Source: an uncultured Candidatus Saccharibacteria bacterium (GTDB lineage: Bacteria > Patescibacteriota > Minisyncoccia > Phycocordibacterales > CSBR16-193). From it: a stretch of DNA of 64,000 nucleotides. The notes under the pieces were generated by a model. The model had not been told where the DNA came from and searched no databases. It saw nothing but the letters and a program-made list of their open reading frames with translations. The stretch spans positions 7,067-71,066 of the forward strand of contig CAZLGQ010000001.1 of assembly GCA_964559575.1 (NCBI GenBank). Direction: 5' to 3'. This document shows positions 48,150 to 57,626 of the stretch, piece by piece. How positions within the stretch are numbered: position 1 is the first letter of the stretch; every line of letters begins with the position of its first letter. Made by a program: the position numbers and the translations under genes.

Positions 48150-48554
48150 TCACTTAAATCCTCCCAATAATTCTTGATGCTCTTCATCCTTTTGACAGAT
48201 CAGACGAAGACCTGAATGATTCAGTCTGGAAAGACCCCAAGAGATTCGATCAGAACTCAATGACAGAACACCATCTACAGAATAAACCTCTCTAACATAA
48301 AGTTTTGGAGGTCTTCCCTTTAAGCAAGCTGATGTTCCGGTAACGATATACATATCGTCATTTCCATCAAGTAAAAGATCTCCTCTGGTTAGATCTGCCC
48401 AGTCATCAAAAACCAAACCTTCGATCAGATCTTTTCTGGTTCTAGGATCCATGGTCCATGATTGGTCATAATAGATAAAACTTACAAAAAGAATTACCAT
48501 TAAAACCAAAAAAATTCCACGGACCATAATCTCTGCAACCTTTTTCTGGATCAT
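48150..48554 (-). CDS. Hypothetical single-TM protein with strong SD
   Basis: AAGGAGGA 6 nt before ATG 48554; N-terminal TM; GC-richer than its neighbours. Confidence 0.65.
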   Translation of the reverse strand: MIQKKVAEIMVRGIFLVLMVILFVSFIYYDQSWTMDPRTRKDLIEGLVFDDWADLTRGDLLLDGNDDMYIVTGTSACLKGRPPKLYVREVYSVDGVLSLSSDRISWGLSRLNHSGLRLICQKDEEHQELLGGFK

Positions 48555-48705
48555 GACCAATCCTCCTTTTTACAAAAACCGGTTCACTAAATCCACTTTG
48601 ACCAACCTGACTGCTATTTCTCTATTTTAATAACACAAATTCTAATTTTAGTCAAAATTAGAATTATTTTAAACCCCAAAAAATCTATATTTTAAGAAAT
48701 TTTTA

Positions 48706-48888
48706 TTTTGGGGAAGTCTGACTTCCCCAAAAACTTACCACTCTACCACTCTTATCTTAATTCCAAAAAATCCTGTTCTGGGGAAGTCTGACTTCCCCAG
48801 AACCCTACTACTTAAATATAAAGTCGCTAAATCATTAGAATTGATTAAAAAAAAACTTGGGGAAGTCTGACTTCCCCAAGTTTTTTTT
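48706..48888. repeat. Cluster of three REP-like palindromes GGGGAAGTC-T-GACTTCCCC
   Basis: Identical 19-mers at 48710, 48780 and 48859, each extended by different self-complementary flanks. Confidence 0.9.
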
Positions 48889-48918
48889 ATTGAACAAGAG
48901 ATCTTTTTATTTTTTTTA

Positions 48919-49641
48919 TTATTTTTGATGACCTACCGGCATTATATAAACAGGTACTTCATCTTGTGATAACTGTAATAGATCATGTACTTTATCATCA
49001 TCAAAAGCTCCAACTGCCACCGTACCTAATCCTAAACTCTCAGACTGTAAATAAATATTTTGAGCAACATGACCTACTTCTATATGAACATAGCGCTCTC
49101 CTCTTTTACCATAACGCTCAGTTGTTCTCTCATACACAGCAGTTAAAATTAAATTTATTGGAGCTTCTGCAATAAATGTTTGATTCAAAGCTACTTGACT
49201 TAATTTTTCACTAATATCTTCATCAGAAATTCTTTTAATACTATGACTATCAGGTTTATATTTATAAACTCCAGAAAGTAAATCATCAGTTTCTTCTCTT
49301 ACTGTTATATAAACTGTTAAAGGATAAGTAGCTCCAGCTGATGGTGCTGAACGATAACCACCATCATCTGTTATACCTTGAGCAGACCATAAAACCTGTC
49401 CTAATTTATCCAAGTCAACCGGTTTGTCCAAATAGTTTCTTATACTTCGTCTGGATTCAATAGCTTCTTCAATTGACATCTGTCCTTCTTTTTGTGTTTC
49501 CGGTAATTTAATGATCTGATTTAAATCACTTTTATCATTGGTCATGGAATCTAAATTATTATTTAATAAAATATAACTGACTAAAAAAATCAGCAAACCG
49601 ATCACTAAAAATGCTAAAAGATATTTTCGTTGGAATACCAT
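48919..49641 (-). CDS. SagB/ThcOx-family nitroreductase with N-terminal TM
   Basis: RRSIRNY, LWSAQG, RSAPSAGATYP, YGKRGERY, EVGHVAQN, VGAFDD. Confidence 0.9.
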   Translation of the reverse strand: MVFQRKYLLAFLVIGLLIFLVSYILLNNNLDSMTNDKSDLNQIIKLPETQKEGQMSIEEAIESRRSIRNYLDKPVDLDKLGQVLWSAQGITDDGGYRSAPSAGATYPLTVYITVREETDDLLSGVYKYKPDSHSIKRISDEDISEKLSQVALNQTFIAEAPINLILTAVYERTTERYGKRGERYVHIEVGHVAQNIYLQSESLGLGTVAVGAFDDDKVHDLLQLSQDEVPVYIMPVGHQK

Positions 49642-49719
49642 GAATATATTTTAACTAATAAACCTTCGGTATGACAAATATCATTAAAGTACAATAGCTA
49701 TTATGCTTTTAAAAACTAA

Positions 49720-50763
49720 TTAGAGTTTATGCTTATTTAATTCAGTTAAAACTTCAGAAAGAGGAACTGTGGCCAAACAACAGTACTTATCGGCAGCACC
49801 ATAATAGATAAATAAAGTGTTTTTTAATATAAAAGCACCAGTTGGAAAAACAACATTTTCCACATCTCCTTTTTTCTCATACCATTCTTCAGGTTCTAAA
49901 ATATCATAAGGTAACTGAGCTATTAACTTAGAAGGATCATTTAAATCCAACAGAGCCATTTTAGCAGTATAAGCTCTTTGACGTTTTTTTCCATTAAGAG
50001 TTTTATCTTCAACATGATGATATATCAATAACCAACCGGCCTCAGTTTTGATAGGGGGAGCACCAGCACCAATTCTATGATCATGCTCGTGGGTAGGTTT
50101 TAATACCAACTGATGATCGTTCCAATTTAATAGATCATCAGAATATGAAATCCAAATACTAGGAAGTTTCGGTAATTCTTTAACAGTTCCCGGCATCGGA
50201 ATATCTATTTCAGAAGATAAGGGATTTTCAAACCATCTCTGACACCATCGTTGAGGTCTATGTAAAAGAACAAATCTACCATTTATCTTTTCAGGAAAAA
50301 GTACAGCATTTTTATCATCTACCCTAGAAAGTGATATCGGTCCAAGTCTATCAAAATGTCGTAAATCTTTACTAACCGCCAAACCAACGGAAGCTTCAAG
50401 TGGGACCTCACGAAAAATAACCGGTGACCCATCTTGTAAAATACGTTCTGAAATAGCAGTATAAGTTAAATAAAAACTATCTTCTATTTTGGTTAATCTA
50501 GGATCCTCCACTGCCCATCTTTCAAAATCTGCACCCGGCTCAAATACAGGTTTATCAGATTCTCTCTGAAAATTTACCCCGTCAGAACTACTGGCTAAAC
50601 CCAAACGAGATATATAATACTTATACTCACCAATTGCTCTGTAGAGCAAATAACACTTATTATTATGCCAAACAGCAGCAGGATTAAAAACTGATTGATC
50701 TTCCCAATCATTATCAGCACTAGCTTCTAAAATTGGGTTGCTGGGATTTCGTTTCAAAAACAT
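49720..50763 (-). CDS. GH130-family glycosidase/mannoside phosphorylase
   Basis: VFNPAA, LLYRA, EDPR, DKNAVLFPEKING, LHRP, IGAGAPP, NVVFP, YYGAAD. Confidence 0.9.
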   Translation of the reverse strand: MFLKRNPSNPILEASADNDWEDQSVFNPAAVWHNNKCYLLYRAIGEYKYYISRLGLASSSDGVNFQRESDKPVFEPGADFERWAVEDPRLTKIEDSFYLTYTAISERILQDGSPVIFREVPLEASVGLAVSKDLRHFDRLGPISLSRVDDKNAVLFPEKINGRFVLLHRPQRWCQRWFENPLSSEIDIPMPGTVKELPKLPSIWISYSDDLLNWNDHQLVLKPTHEHDHRIGAGAPPIKTEAGWLLIYHHVEDKTLNGKKRQRAYTAKMALLDLNDPSKLIAQLPYDILEPEEWYEKKGDVENVVFPTGAFILKNTLFIYYGAADKYCCLATVPLSEVLTELNKHKL

Positions 50764-50832
50764 GACATACTTAACTAACCTGAAATAATTATTATTAAAT
50801 ATTTTTAAATTATATAAAAAAACTATTATTTT

Positions 50833-52494
50833 TTAAATATCTTTAACCATATAAGTTCCTTCTAAATTGTAACCTAATTTGTTTTTGTAATATTCTCTAA
50901 CTCCAACTCCTGAAATAACAGCCATCTTTTTATAACCAGCTTTTTTAGCAATACTCTCAGCTTCATTCATAAGACGTATTCCTAATCCCATATGTTGACT
51001 TTGGTCACCTCTCTCTTTAATTCCCACCAACTGACCATAGGTATGAAGTTCACGAATAATAGAAGCTCCTTTTAGAACCTCCAAATTTCCTGAAAAATTA
51101 TCAGTAATATTTTTATTTGGTAATCTTAATCTACAAAAAGCCGCACATTTATTTTTAGTTTTATGTTCAAAACTTAAAAAAATCTCTTTACCGGTTAAAG
51201 TTTTATACTCTAAACATCTTAACTCATAATCATTAAGAAGTATCTTTTCATTTCTTATTTCACGACAACGTATACACTCACAGTGCCAACTGTTCTTTTT
51301 TTGATCCTGTTCAATAAACTGCCTAAGATTAGATATCTTACTACCAGCTACAATATATTCTGTAGGAATATCTCTAATTACCCTTATAATACGTACATAC
51401 TTTGGTACCTTTTTTTTAACATTACGTAAAACATAAATCAGATCATCATCATTATAGGGTATAAAATCTCCTTTTTTCCAAATTAAATATAAAGGACTGT
51501 TTTTTAAAACTACACAAGGATATATTTTTAACATATCTGGTTGATACTCCTTACCATTAAAAAGGTCACTAAACATCTTAATATCCATTTCCGGTGTACT
51601 AAGAGGTAAATTAGGCATCATATGATAAACCACCTTAAAACCGGCATTTTTCATAAGTTCAGTTACTTCAATTACATTTTTTATATCAATATTACGCCTG
51701 TTGTAAGTTAAGACCTTTTCATTGAGGTGTTGAACACCTATTTCTATTTTAGTTACTCCTAGCCAACGTAACCGATTAATTTCTTCTTCATTAATAAAAT
51801 CCGGTCTAGTTTCTATAGATAAACCAATGATCCTAGAATCTGCTGTTTCGTTTTCCACTTGTAATTCTTCCAAGGTTTTTTTTCTATTTTTACCTTTATT
51901 TTCTTTTCCAAATTCATTTGCCGCTCTAAATATTTCAGAAATAAACTCTTCCTGATAATCTTTATCATAAAAACTCCAAGTTCCACCTATAACAATAACT
52001 TCTAATTTATCTATCGGATGACCGTTAGCTACCAACGCTCTCATTCTATTTTTTACCTGAGTATATGGACTAAAGTTATTTGCCAAAGCCCTAGCTGCGG
52101 CCGGTTCCTTAGATAAATAACTCTTGGGCATTTTCTTTTCATCCGGACAGTAAATACATTCTCCCGGACACTGATAAGGTTTTGTAAGAAGTGAAACAAC
52201 TGCCACTCCGGAATTACTTCTAACTTTCATCTTTCTTAATACCTGTTCAACCTCTTTGAGTGGTTTTTGTTCTCCTTTTTCTACCAAACTCTTGTAAAAA
52301 GCAAGAATCTCTGCATTTGTAGGCATTCTATTTTCACTAATAGCTTTCTGTCCCACATGCTCCAAATCAGGTCCGTAATCCTTAGCACACTGTTTTCTAA
52401 TAACAAGAAAATCCTTCCGGTGTTTTTTATCACTCATTATTAAACATTTAAGTTTTTCTAATTTTTCTTCTGTTGTAATATCATTAAATAACAT
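50833..52494 (-). CDS. elp3: Elp3-type tRNA U34 carboxymethyltransferase (radical SAM plus KAT)
   Basis: SGVAVV, CPGECIYCP, PKSY, GGT, ETRPD, HMMPNLP, LKIYP, CIRCRE, IRELHTYG, QHMGLG, ISGVGVREYY. Confidence 0.93.
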   Translation of the reverse strand: MLFNDITTEEKLEKLKCLIMSDKKHRKDFLVIRKQCAKDYGPDLEHVGQKAISENRMPTNAEILAFYKSLVEKGEQKPLKEVEQVLRKMKVRSNSGVAVVSLLTKPYQCPGECIYCPDEKKMPKSYLSKEPAAARALANNFSPYTQVKNRMRALVANGHPIDKLEVIVIGGTWSFYDKDYQEEFISEIFRAANEFGKENKGKNRKKTLEELQVENETADSRIIGLSIETRPDFINEEEINRLRWLGVTKIEIGVQHLNEKVLTYNRRNIDIKNVIEVTELMKNAGFKVVYHMMPNLPLSTPEMDIKMFSDLFNGKEYQPDMLKIYPCVVLKNSPLYLIWKKGDFIPYNDDDLIYVLRNVKKKVPKYVRIIRVIRDIPTEYIVAGSKISNLRQFIEQDQKKNSWHCECIRCREIRNEKILLNDYELRCLEYKTLTGKEIFLSFEHKTKNKCAAFCRLRLPNKNITDNFSGNLEVLKGASIIRELHTYGQLVGIKERGDQSQHMGLGIRLMNEAESIAKKAGYKKMAVISGVGVREYYKNKLGYNLEGTYMVKDI

Positions 52495-52534
52495 AGTTAA
52501 AACAGTATTTAGAATTCTATGATAGTATGATTAT

Positions 52535-53233
52535 GTGAAAAAAGAAACCTCTCAAAAACTTCTTAAATTATCACAAAAAGAATACGATCAATATGCATCG
52601 GAATTTTCTACTTCACGTAAATTTTTTTGGTCTGAACTGGAATTTATTAAAAAGTACGTTAAAAAAAATGACAAAGTACTTGATATTGGTTGTGGTAATG
52701 GTCGTCTTTCCGACATATTAATAGATAAAAACATCCAATATACCGGAATAGACTTTTCGAAAGAATTAATTAATATTGCTAAAAAAGAAAGAAAAAATAA
52801 CGGTAACTTCATCCAAGCTAATGCTTTATCACTTCCTTTTAAAGATAACTCTTTTGATGTGATATTTTCCATAGCCGTACTTCATCATATACCATCAAAA
52901 GAAAACCGTTTACTTTTTATCTCAGAAGTAAATCGAGTATTGAAACCCGAAGGAATTTTTATAGTCACTACCTGGAATACTCTAAACTGGAAATTTGCTA
53001 AAAAACATTTAATATATTTTTTAAAAAAAATATTCGGTTACTCAAAACTAGATTTTGGTGACATAATTCTTACTTTTGGAAAAAACAAAAGAAAACGTTA
53101 CATACATTCATTAACCAAAAAAGAACTTAAAAAAATAATTACAAAAAACAATTTTGTTGACATCTCTATTAAAAAAATAAAGAGAAAAAGCGGGCATTCT
53201 AATTTTATCTCAATTTCAAAAAAAACCCACTAA
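52535..53233 (+). CDS. Class I SAM methyltransferase, Trm9/ALKBH8-like
   Basis: YDQYASEFSTSR..FW, VLDIGCGNGR, LPF...FD...SIAVLHH....R, LKPEG, TTW, RYIH. Confidence 0.75.
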   Translation: MKKETSQKLLKLSQKEYDQYASEFSTSRKFFWSELEFIKKYVKKNDKVLDIGCGNGRLSDILIDKNIQYTGIDFSKELINIAKKERKNNGNFIQANALSLPFKDNSFDVIFSIAVLHHIPSKENRLLFISEVNRVLKPEGIFIVTTWNTLNWKFAKKHLIYFLKKIFGYSKLDFGDIILTFGKNKRKRYIHSLTKKELKKIITKNNFVDISIKKIKRKSGHSNFISISKKTH

Positions 53234-53385
53234 TAAAACTTAAATTTGCTAATATTTAAATCTTATTAACAATAAGAAAATAGATTTAATTTTTAAAAAG
53301 AACCATAATAGTTATCAACAAACTATATTTTGCTTACTTTAAAAGTTAAATATAAAATAAAGTACTTATTACTCTAAAAAATAAT

Positions 53386-53706
53386 ATGAGCAAAAAATTT
53401 ACCAAAGAAGAAAAAGAAAAAATAGAAGAGGAAGAACGTCTCCGTTTTGAAACCCGTTCAAAATTAGAGGAATCAAAGTCAGATAATGAATTCTCCTTTT
53501 TAACCACGTTACTTTTATGTTTATTTTTAGGTCCATTGGGTGCACATCGTTTTTATGTTGGTAAAACCATAACCGGTACTACCATTATGGTTTTAAGTCT
53601 TACTTTTTTTGGACTACTGGTCTCTATTCCTTGGACCTTATTAGATCTTATCTTGATAATCTCTCAAAGATTTTCTGATCACAAAGGAAGATTTGTTAAA
53701 AGATAA
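53386..53706 (+). CDS. TM2-domain membrane protein
   Basis: LLCLFLGPLGAHRFYVGK..TG, W.LLDLILI. Confidence 0.9.
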   Translation: MSKKFTKEEKEKIEEEERLRFETRSKLEESKSDNEFSFLTTLLLCLFLGPLGAHRFYVGKTITGTTIMVLSLTFFGLLVSIPWTLLDLILIISQRFSDHKGRFVKR

Positions 53707-53745
53707 AAACATTTCTTAAATTTTAAGATCTGGTATTTTAATACA

Positions 53746-54117
53746 TTAATCCAAACTATAATTTGGATTAATTCTAATGGCATAGATACCATGTTTTTTT
53801 ATTCTTTTTTCATATTCATTATTCTCAATACTATGATAACTTTTTATACCACCTTCTATATCTAAACCGCTGGATAAAACATTTTCAACACCTTCATTTT
53901 CTAACATCACTCTAACATCAGGATATTTAATAACCGAATCTACTAAACAGTTCATTTTCTTACCTGTAACTGTATTAATAAAAGTTATCACATCTCCATG
54001 TTTCATCTTTTGATATCTATCATCATTTTTATCTTTAGGCGTTCGACCTTCTATCTTTTTAGTACCAATTTTAATGGCTTGAAACGGTCGATCGTTTAAT
54101 TTAAGTTCGTAATTCAT
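53746..54117 (-). CDS. ASCH-domain protein
   Basis: PFQAIKIGTKKIEGR, GDVITF, GIYAIRI. Confidence 0.85.
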   Translation of the reverse strand: MNYELKLNDRPFQAIKIGTKKIEGRTPKDKNDDRYQKMKHGDVITFINTVTGKKMNCLVDSVIKYPDVRVMLENEGVENVLSSGLDIEGGIKSYHSIENNEYEKRIKKHGIYAIRINPNYSLD

Positions 54118-54232
54118 TTTAAATTAATTATTAAAAATTTAGAGTAATTAACTTGGGTTGTTTTTAAATACATAACTGTTATTATATTAATAACAGTTAA
54201 TCTAGTAAAATTTTAAAAAATAAAATTTATAT

Positions 54233-55465
54233 ATGAAAAAAAATACTATTATTTTGATCATTTTAGTGATGATAATTATTTTATTATCTTTTTTCATTAC
54301 CAATCACCTAGAAGACTCTACTAAAGAACCGGTTGAATTAAAAGATCCTGAAGAATTAAAAGAACTTTCTTACTCAGCTAAAGATTTCTCTTTCGATATT
54401 TTTTCCAGCTTAGCTGAAAACGAAGAAAATATCTTCATCTCCCCATACAGTATTCACACTGCTCTAACAATGGCCTACCGAGGTGCCGGATCAGAAACCG
54501 CCGAGGAAATGGCCGAGGTTTTGGGACTTAGCAATATGCAACTCAAAGCTCTGATGGATAGCTCTTTGGGCTTAAAGCAGTACCTGGAACACTTCTCGGA
54601 GCAAAACGAAGTAGCTATAGCCAACGCTTTATTTTTAAGAAACGACATCCCTTTCCGTAACTCTTACAAAACTGACGCTAAAAAATACTTTGAAGGCGAG
54701 ATCGATTCTTTACCGGATGCCGGTGAACCGGTAAATGATTGGGTTTTTAAAAATACTCAAGAAAAAATAGATCAGATCATTGATCCCGGACCTATAGACC
54801 CGAATGTTATTGCCTATTTAGTTAATGCCATCTACTTTAAAGGCATTTGGGCTGAAGAGTTCGATCAAGATCTAACTGAAAATAGACCATTTTACGGTAC
54901 CGGTGGTGAAGTAGAAATTGAAATGATGGAAAACGAATCAGACTATCGGTTTGCAGTCTCTGAAAACTTGAAATCACTAACCATAAAATACCAAGACGGT
55001 GACTATCTAATGCACGTCTTTATGCCTACCGACGAACAACCTCTCTCTGAACTCTATCAAAATTTAGACAGAGAAACCTTTGAATCAATGAAACCCACTA
55101 ACCAAGAAAATATAACTTTGCGGTTCCCTAAATTTACTCTAGAAGATGAGCTGGGACTGGTAGAGACCTTGGAAGCAATGGGTATAAAAACCGCTTTTAA
55201 CGAGAACCTAGCAGACTTTTCCGAAATGGTCGACCTGGAAGAACTTGGATTTAACGTCTTCATCTCCGATGTACTTCATGCTTCATTCATAGAAGTAGAC
55301 GAAAAGGGTACCGAAGTGGCTGCCGCCACCGCGGTTGAAATGAAAATGGAATCAGCACCAATGCCAGGTTCGGTAGTAGAATTTAATAAACCATTCCTTT
55401 TTATAATAGAAGAACCGAAAACCGAAACCATTCTTTTTATGGGACATTTGGTTGATCCTAATTAA
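54233..55465 (+). CDS. Exported serpin (serine protease inhibitor)
   Basis: NIFISPYSI, VNDWV..T..KI, LVNAIYFKG.W, PKF, EVDEKGTEVAAAT hinge, FNKPFLF, LFMG; N-terminal TM. Confidence 0.95.
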   Translation: MKKNTIILIILVMIIILLSFFITNHLEDSTKEPVELKDPEELKELSYSAKDFSFDIFSSLAENEENIFISPYSIHTALTMAYRGAGSETAEEMAEVLGLSNMQLKALMDSSLGLKQYLEHFSEQNEVAIANALFLRNDIPFRNSYKTDAKKYFEGEIDSLPDAGEPVNDWVFKNTQEKIDQIIDPGPIDPNVIAYLVNAIYFKGIWAEEFDQDLTENRPFYGTGGEVEIEMMENESDYRFAVSENLKSLTIKYQDGDYLMHVFMPTDEQPLSELYQNLDRETFESMKPTNQENITLRFPKFTLEDELGLVETLEAMGIKTAFNENLADFSEMVDLEELGFNVFISDVLHASFIEVDEKGTEVAAATAVEMKMESAPMPGSVVEFNKPFLFIIEEPKTETILFMGHLVDPN

Positions 55466-55706
55466 AGTTATTCTAAAAATAACTTTACTCTAGAAATTCT
55501 TCAGCTTTATTAAAAAGATAACCGATTCTACTTTGGTGTGTTTTTAATCCCTCACCTCACAGCTTATAGAACAGGACTCTATAAACTCCATTTCTAAAAA
55601 TATTTCACAAATACTAATCTCCACTACATCTACCTATGACTTTTTAACAACTTTACTGTTATTATCTTTTTTTGAGACAAAATCTAATTAAACATCAACA
55701 GATCCA

Positions 55707-56366
55707 TTACGGACATAACTTATCTGCCGGCTGCCAAAACTCCTGATCCGGACGTCTACAAAAATTTCTTTCACCAACCCAAACCAATATCCAATTATCA
55801 TTTTCTGAAACTATAAAATCATATCTCTTTTCATTACCGCCTATTGAATCATCTGGAAAATTCATTGAACGAATATAGACAGAAATACCTTCTTTTGCAG
55901 ACTCTGCATCGGGGTGATCTTTAATTGGATACTCAACTACCACATCTTCACTTAATAAATGTAGCGATACAAAATACTGAAACATCGTCTCAGAATATGC
56001 ATCAAGTTCACTTTGAGGAGGCACTTGATCTTCCAATATACTTTTTACAAAATCTATAGGACTTTCTCCTTGATGAATTTCAGTATCCAACTCCACAAGT
56101 CTAGTTTCTTCTCCAACCTCTATCTCGTATGGAAGTTGAGCATACTTTTCACGAGATTTTTTCTCTATAGATTCACGATCTAACACTACCCCACGATCTC
56201 TTACTGTTATTTCATAAGGTAATCTATTAAGTTCCTCTTTTACTACGGTTAAATCAAAATCATTATCTAAATCAGCATGATCTTTTGAAACACCAATTCC
56301 AAAAATTCCAATAATAACCAATACTATTAACACAATAAATGTTCCTATAATAATTTTAGTATTCAT
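55707..56366 (-). CDS. Membrane-anchored exported protein (paralog of 42554-43183)
   Basis: N-terminal TM; FPDDSIGGNEKRYDF, WILVWVGERNFCRRPDQEFWQPADKLCP. Confidence 0.75.
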   Translation of the reverse strand: MNTKIIIGTFIVLIVLVIIGIFGIGVSKDHADLDNDFDLTVVKEELNRLPYEITVRDRGVVLDRESIEKKSREKYAQLPYEIEVGEETRLVELDTEIHQGESPIDFVKSILEDQVPPQSELDAYSETMFQYFVSLHLLSEDVVVEYPIKDHPDAESAKEGISVYIRSMNFPDDSIGGNEKRYDFIVSENDNWILVWVGERNFCRRPDQEFWQPADKLCP

Positions 56367-56469
56367 ATCATAAATATATTTACTTAATAATTGATAAAAA
56401 AGATATTTTATTACCTTTTTATTAAAAACCTAAAAGAAACTATTATGTAATACCCTAATTATAATAAAT

Positions 56470-57030
56470 TTATTTTAATTTTCTCATTTTTTCTAAAAGA
56501 TACTCATACTCTTTTATTAAAGGATGTTCCCAAGTTTCTTTAAGCATTTTCAAAACTTCATCTTCAAACCAAATTTTATCTTTCTTACCACGATTAAATA
56601 TCTTCCATATTTCCGCCCCCTCCTTATTATATGAAACTAATAAACTTTCAAGGTTATGGATCTTATCTGCAACACAAACCGCCTTAGCTTCTATTGAACC
56701 ATTACGTACTGTTTTAACATATTTATTTTTCTTCTCTTTCCAAGATAAAGAATCATCATTAGAAACAGACCTAACAATATTTACAACCTCGGAATTCAGT
56801 TCTTTTTCCAAATCTTCTTCCGGAAAATCTGTATCTTCCAAAACATCATGTACCAAAGCTGCTGCAATTGTATTATCGGAAAAATCAAACCTAACCAATT
56901 TAAAAGCAACCATAAAAGGATGTACAATATAAGGTGAATTGTCTCCTTTCCTTTTATGATCCCTATGAGCAATTACAGCTATTCTTGCTGCTTTTTCTAT
57001 AACTTCACTTTCATATAAATCTGCAAGCAT
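56470..57030 (-). CDS. Stand-alone RelA/SpoT-type HD hydrolase (small alarmone hydrolase/Mesh1-like)
   Basis: AH..H.RKG..PYIVHP, AALVHDVLEDT, ADKIHN. Confidence 0.88.
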   Translation of the reverse strand: MLADLYESEVIEKAARIAVIAHRDHKRKGDNSPYIVHPFMVAFKLVRFDFSDNTIAAALVHDVLEDTDFPEEDLEKELNSEVVNIVRSVSNDDSLSWKEKKNKYVKTVRNGSIEAKAVCVADKIHNLESLLVSYNKEGAEIWKIFNRGKKDKIWFEDEVLKMLKETWEHPLIKEYEYLLEKMRKLK

Positions 57031-57149
57031 TTTTTTATTATAACAAATTTTAAATATTTTCATTAAAAATCAAAAGTTTTTTAATACCAACAAAAAACTT
57101 TATATTTTAACCTAAAATATAGATGATATTCCAAATAATTTTTATAAAT

Positions 57150-57183
57150 AAAAAAACCCGGCATCCATAACAGAACACCGGGC
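57150..57183 (-). terminator. Intrinsic terminator
   Basis: Minus strand CCCGGTGTTC-TGTTAT-GGATGCCGGG then T7. Confidence 0.75.
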
Positions 57184-57189
57184 AGAAGA

Positions 57190-57501
57190 TCACGTTACAA
57201 CTTGAGATTGGTAAAGTAGGTCTATCACCTCTTGCGGATCGAAAAATTCGGTTTCCATTACTACGTAAAAACCATCAACCCATGATGATTTCCAGTAGCT
57301 TCCCAGAGATAATCGAATATCTTTCTCAATAGCGAAAGACTCTAATAAGATCGGAAACCTTATTCTGACTTGATTCGTTGTACAATCGAAGTTAAAGACA
57401 TCAATCGGAACCTGCCACCGGTTAGGTATTTGGACCGACCAATGTTCTGATAGAGAAACAGACCCCTTACTAACTCCGACTGCCAGTAACTTTGCCTCCA
57501 T
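57190..57501 (-). CDS. Hypothetical protein with its own promoter, SD and terminator
   Basis: TTGACA-17-TATATT promoter, AAAGGAG, GC-richer coding region. Confidence 0.65.
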   Translation of the reverse strand: MEAKLLAVGVSKGSVSLSEHWSVQIPNRWQVPIDVFNFDCTTNQVRIRFPILLESFAIEKDIRLSLGSYWKSSWVDGFYVVMETEFFDPQEVIDLLYQSQVVT

Positions 57502-57626
57502 TTTAATTTTTTCTCCTTTTGTTGTTGTGATCTCTTTAGATTACCGAAAAAATATTTCTCGGCTATTTTGTGCATCTCTTTAAAATATATATGAATATGA
57601 TTTTTATGTCAAAAAAAGTTAAATTA

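Noticed and set aside
48706-48888. Possible mini CRISPR array
   Set aside because: Only three 19-nt fully palindromic units, unequal 51/60-nt gaps, copy-specific complementary flanks and no cas genes; fits REP-like repeats better
40885-53320. DnaA-box-like 9-mers (ATATCCACA near 40885, TTATCAACA near 53312)
   Set aside because: Isolated single-mismatch hits, unclustered; no origin context
55470-55700. Possible gene remnant between the serpin and the exported paralog
   Set aside because: No reading I could match to a known family
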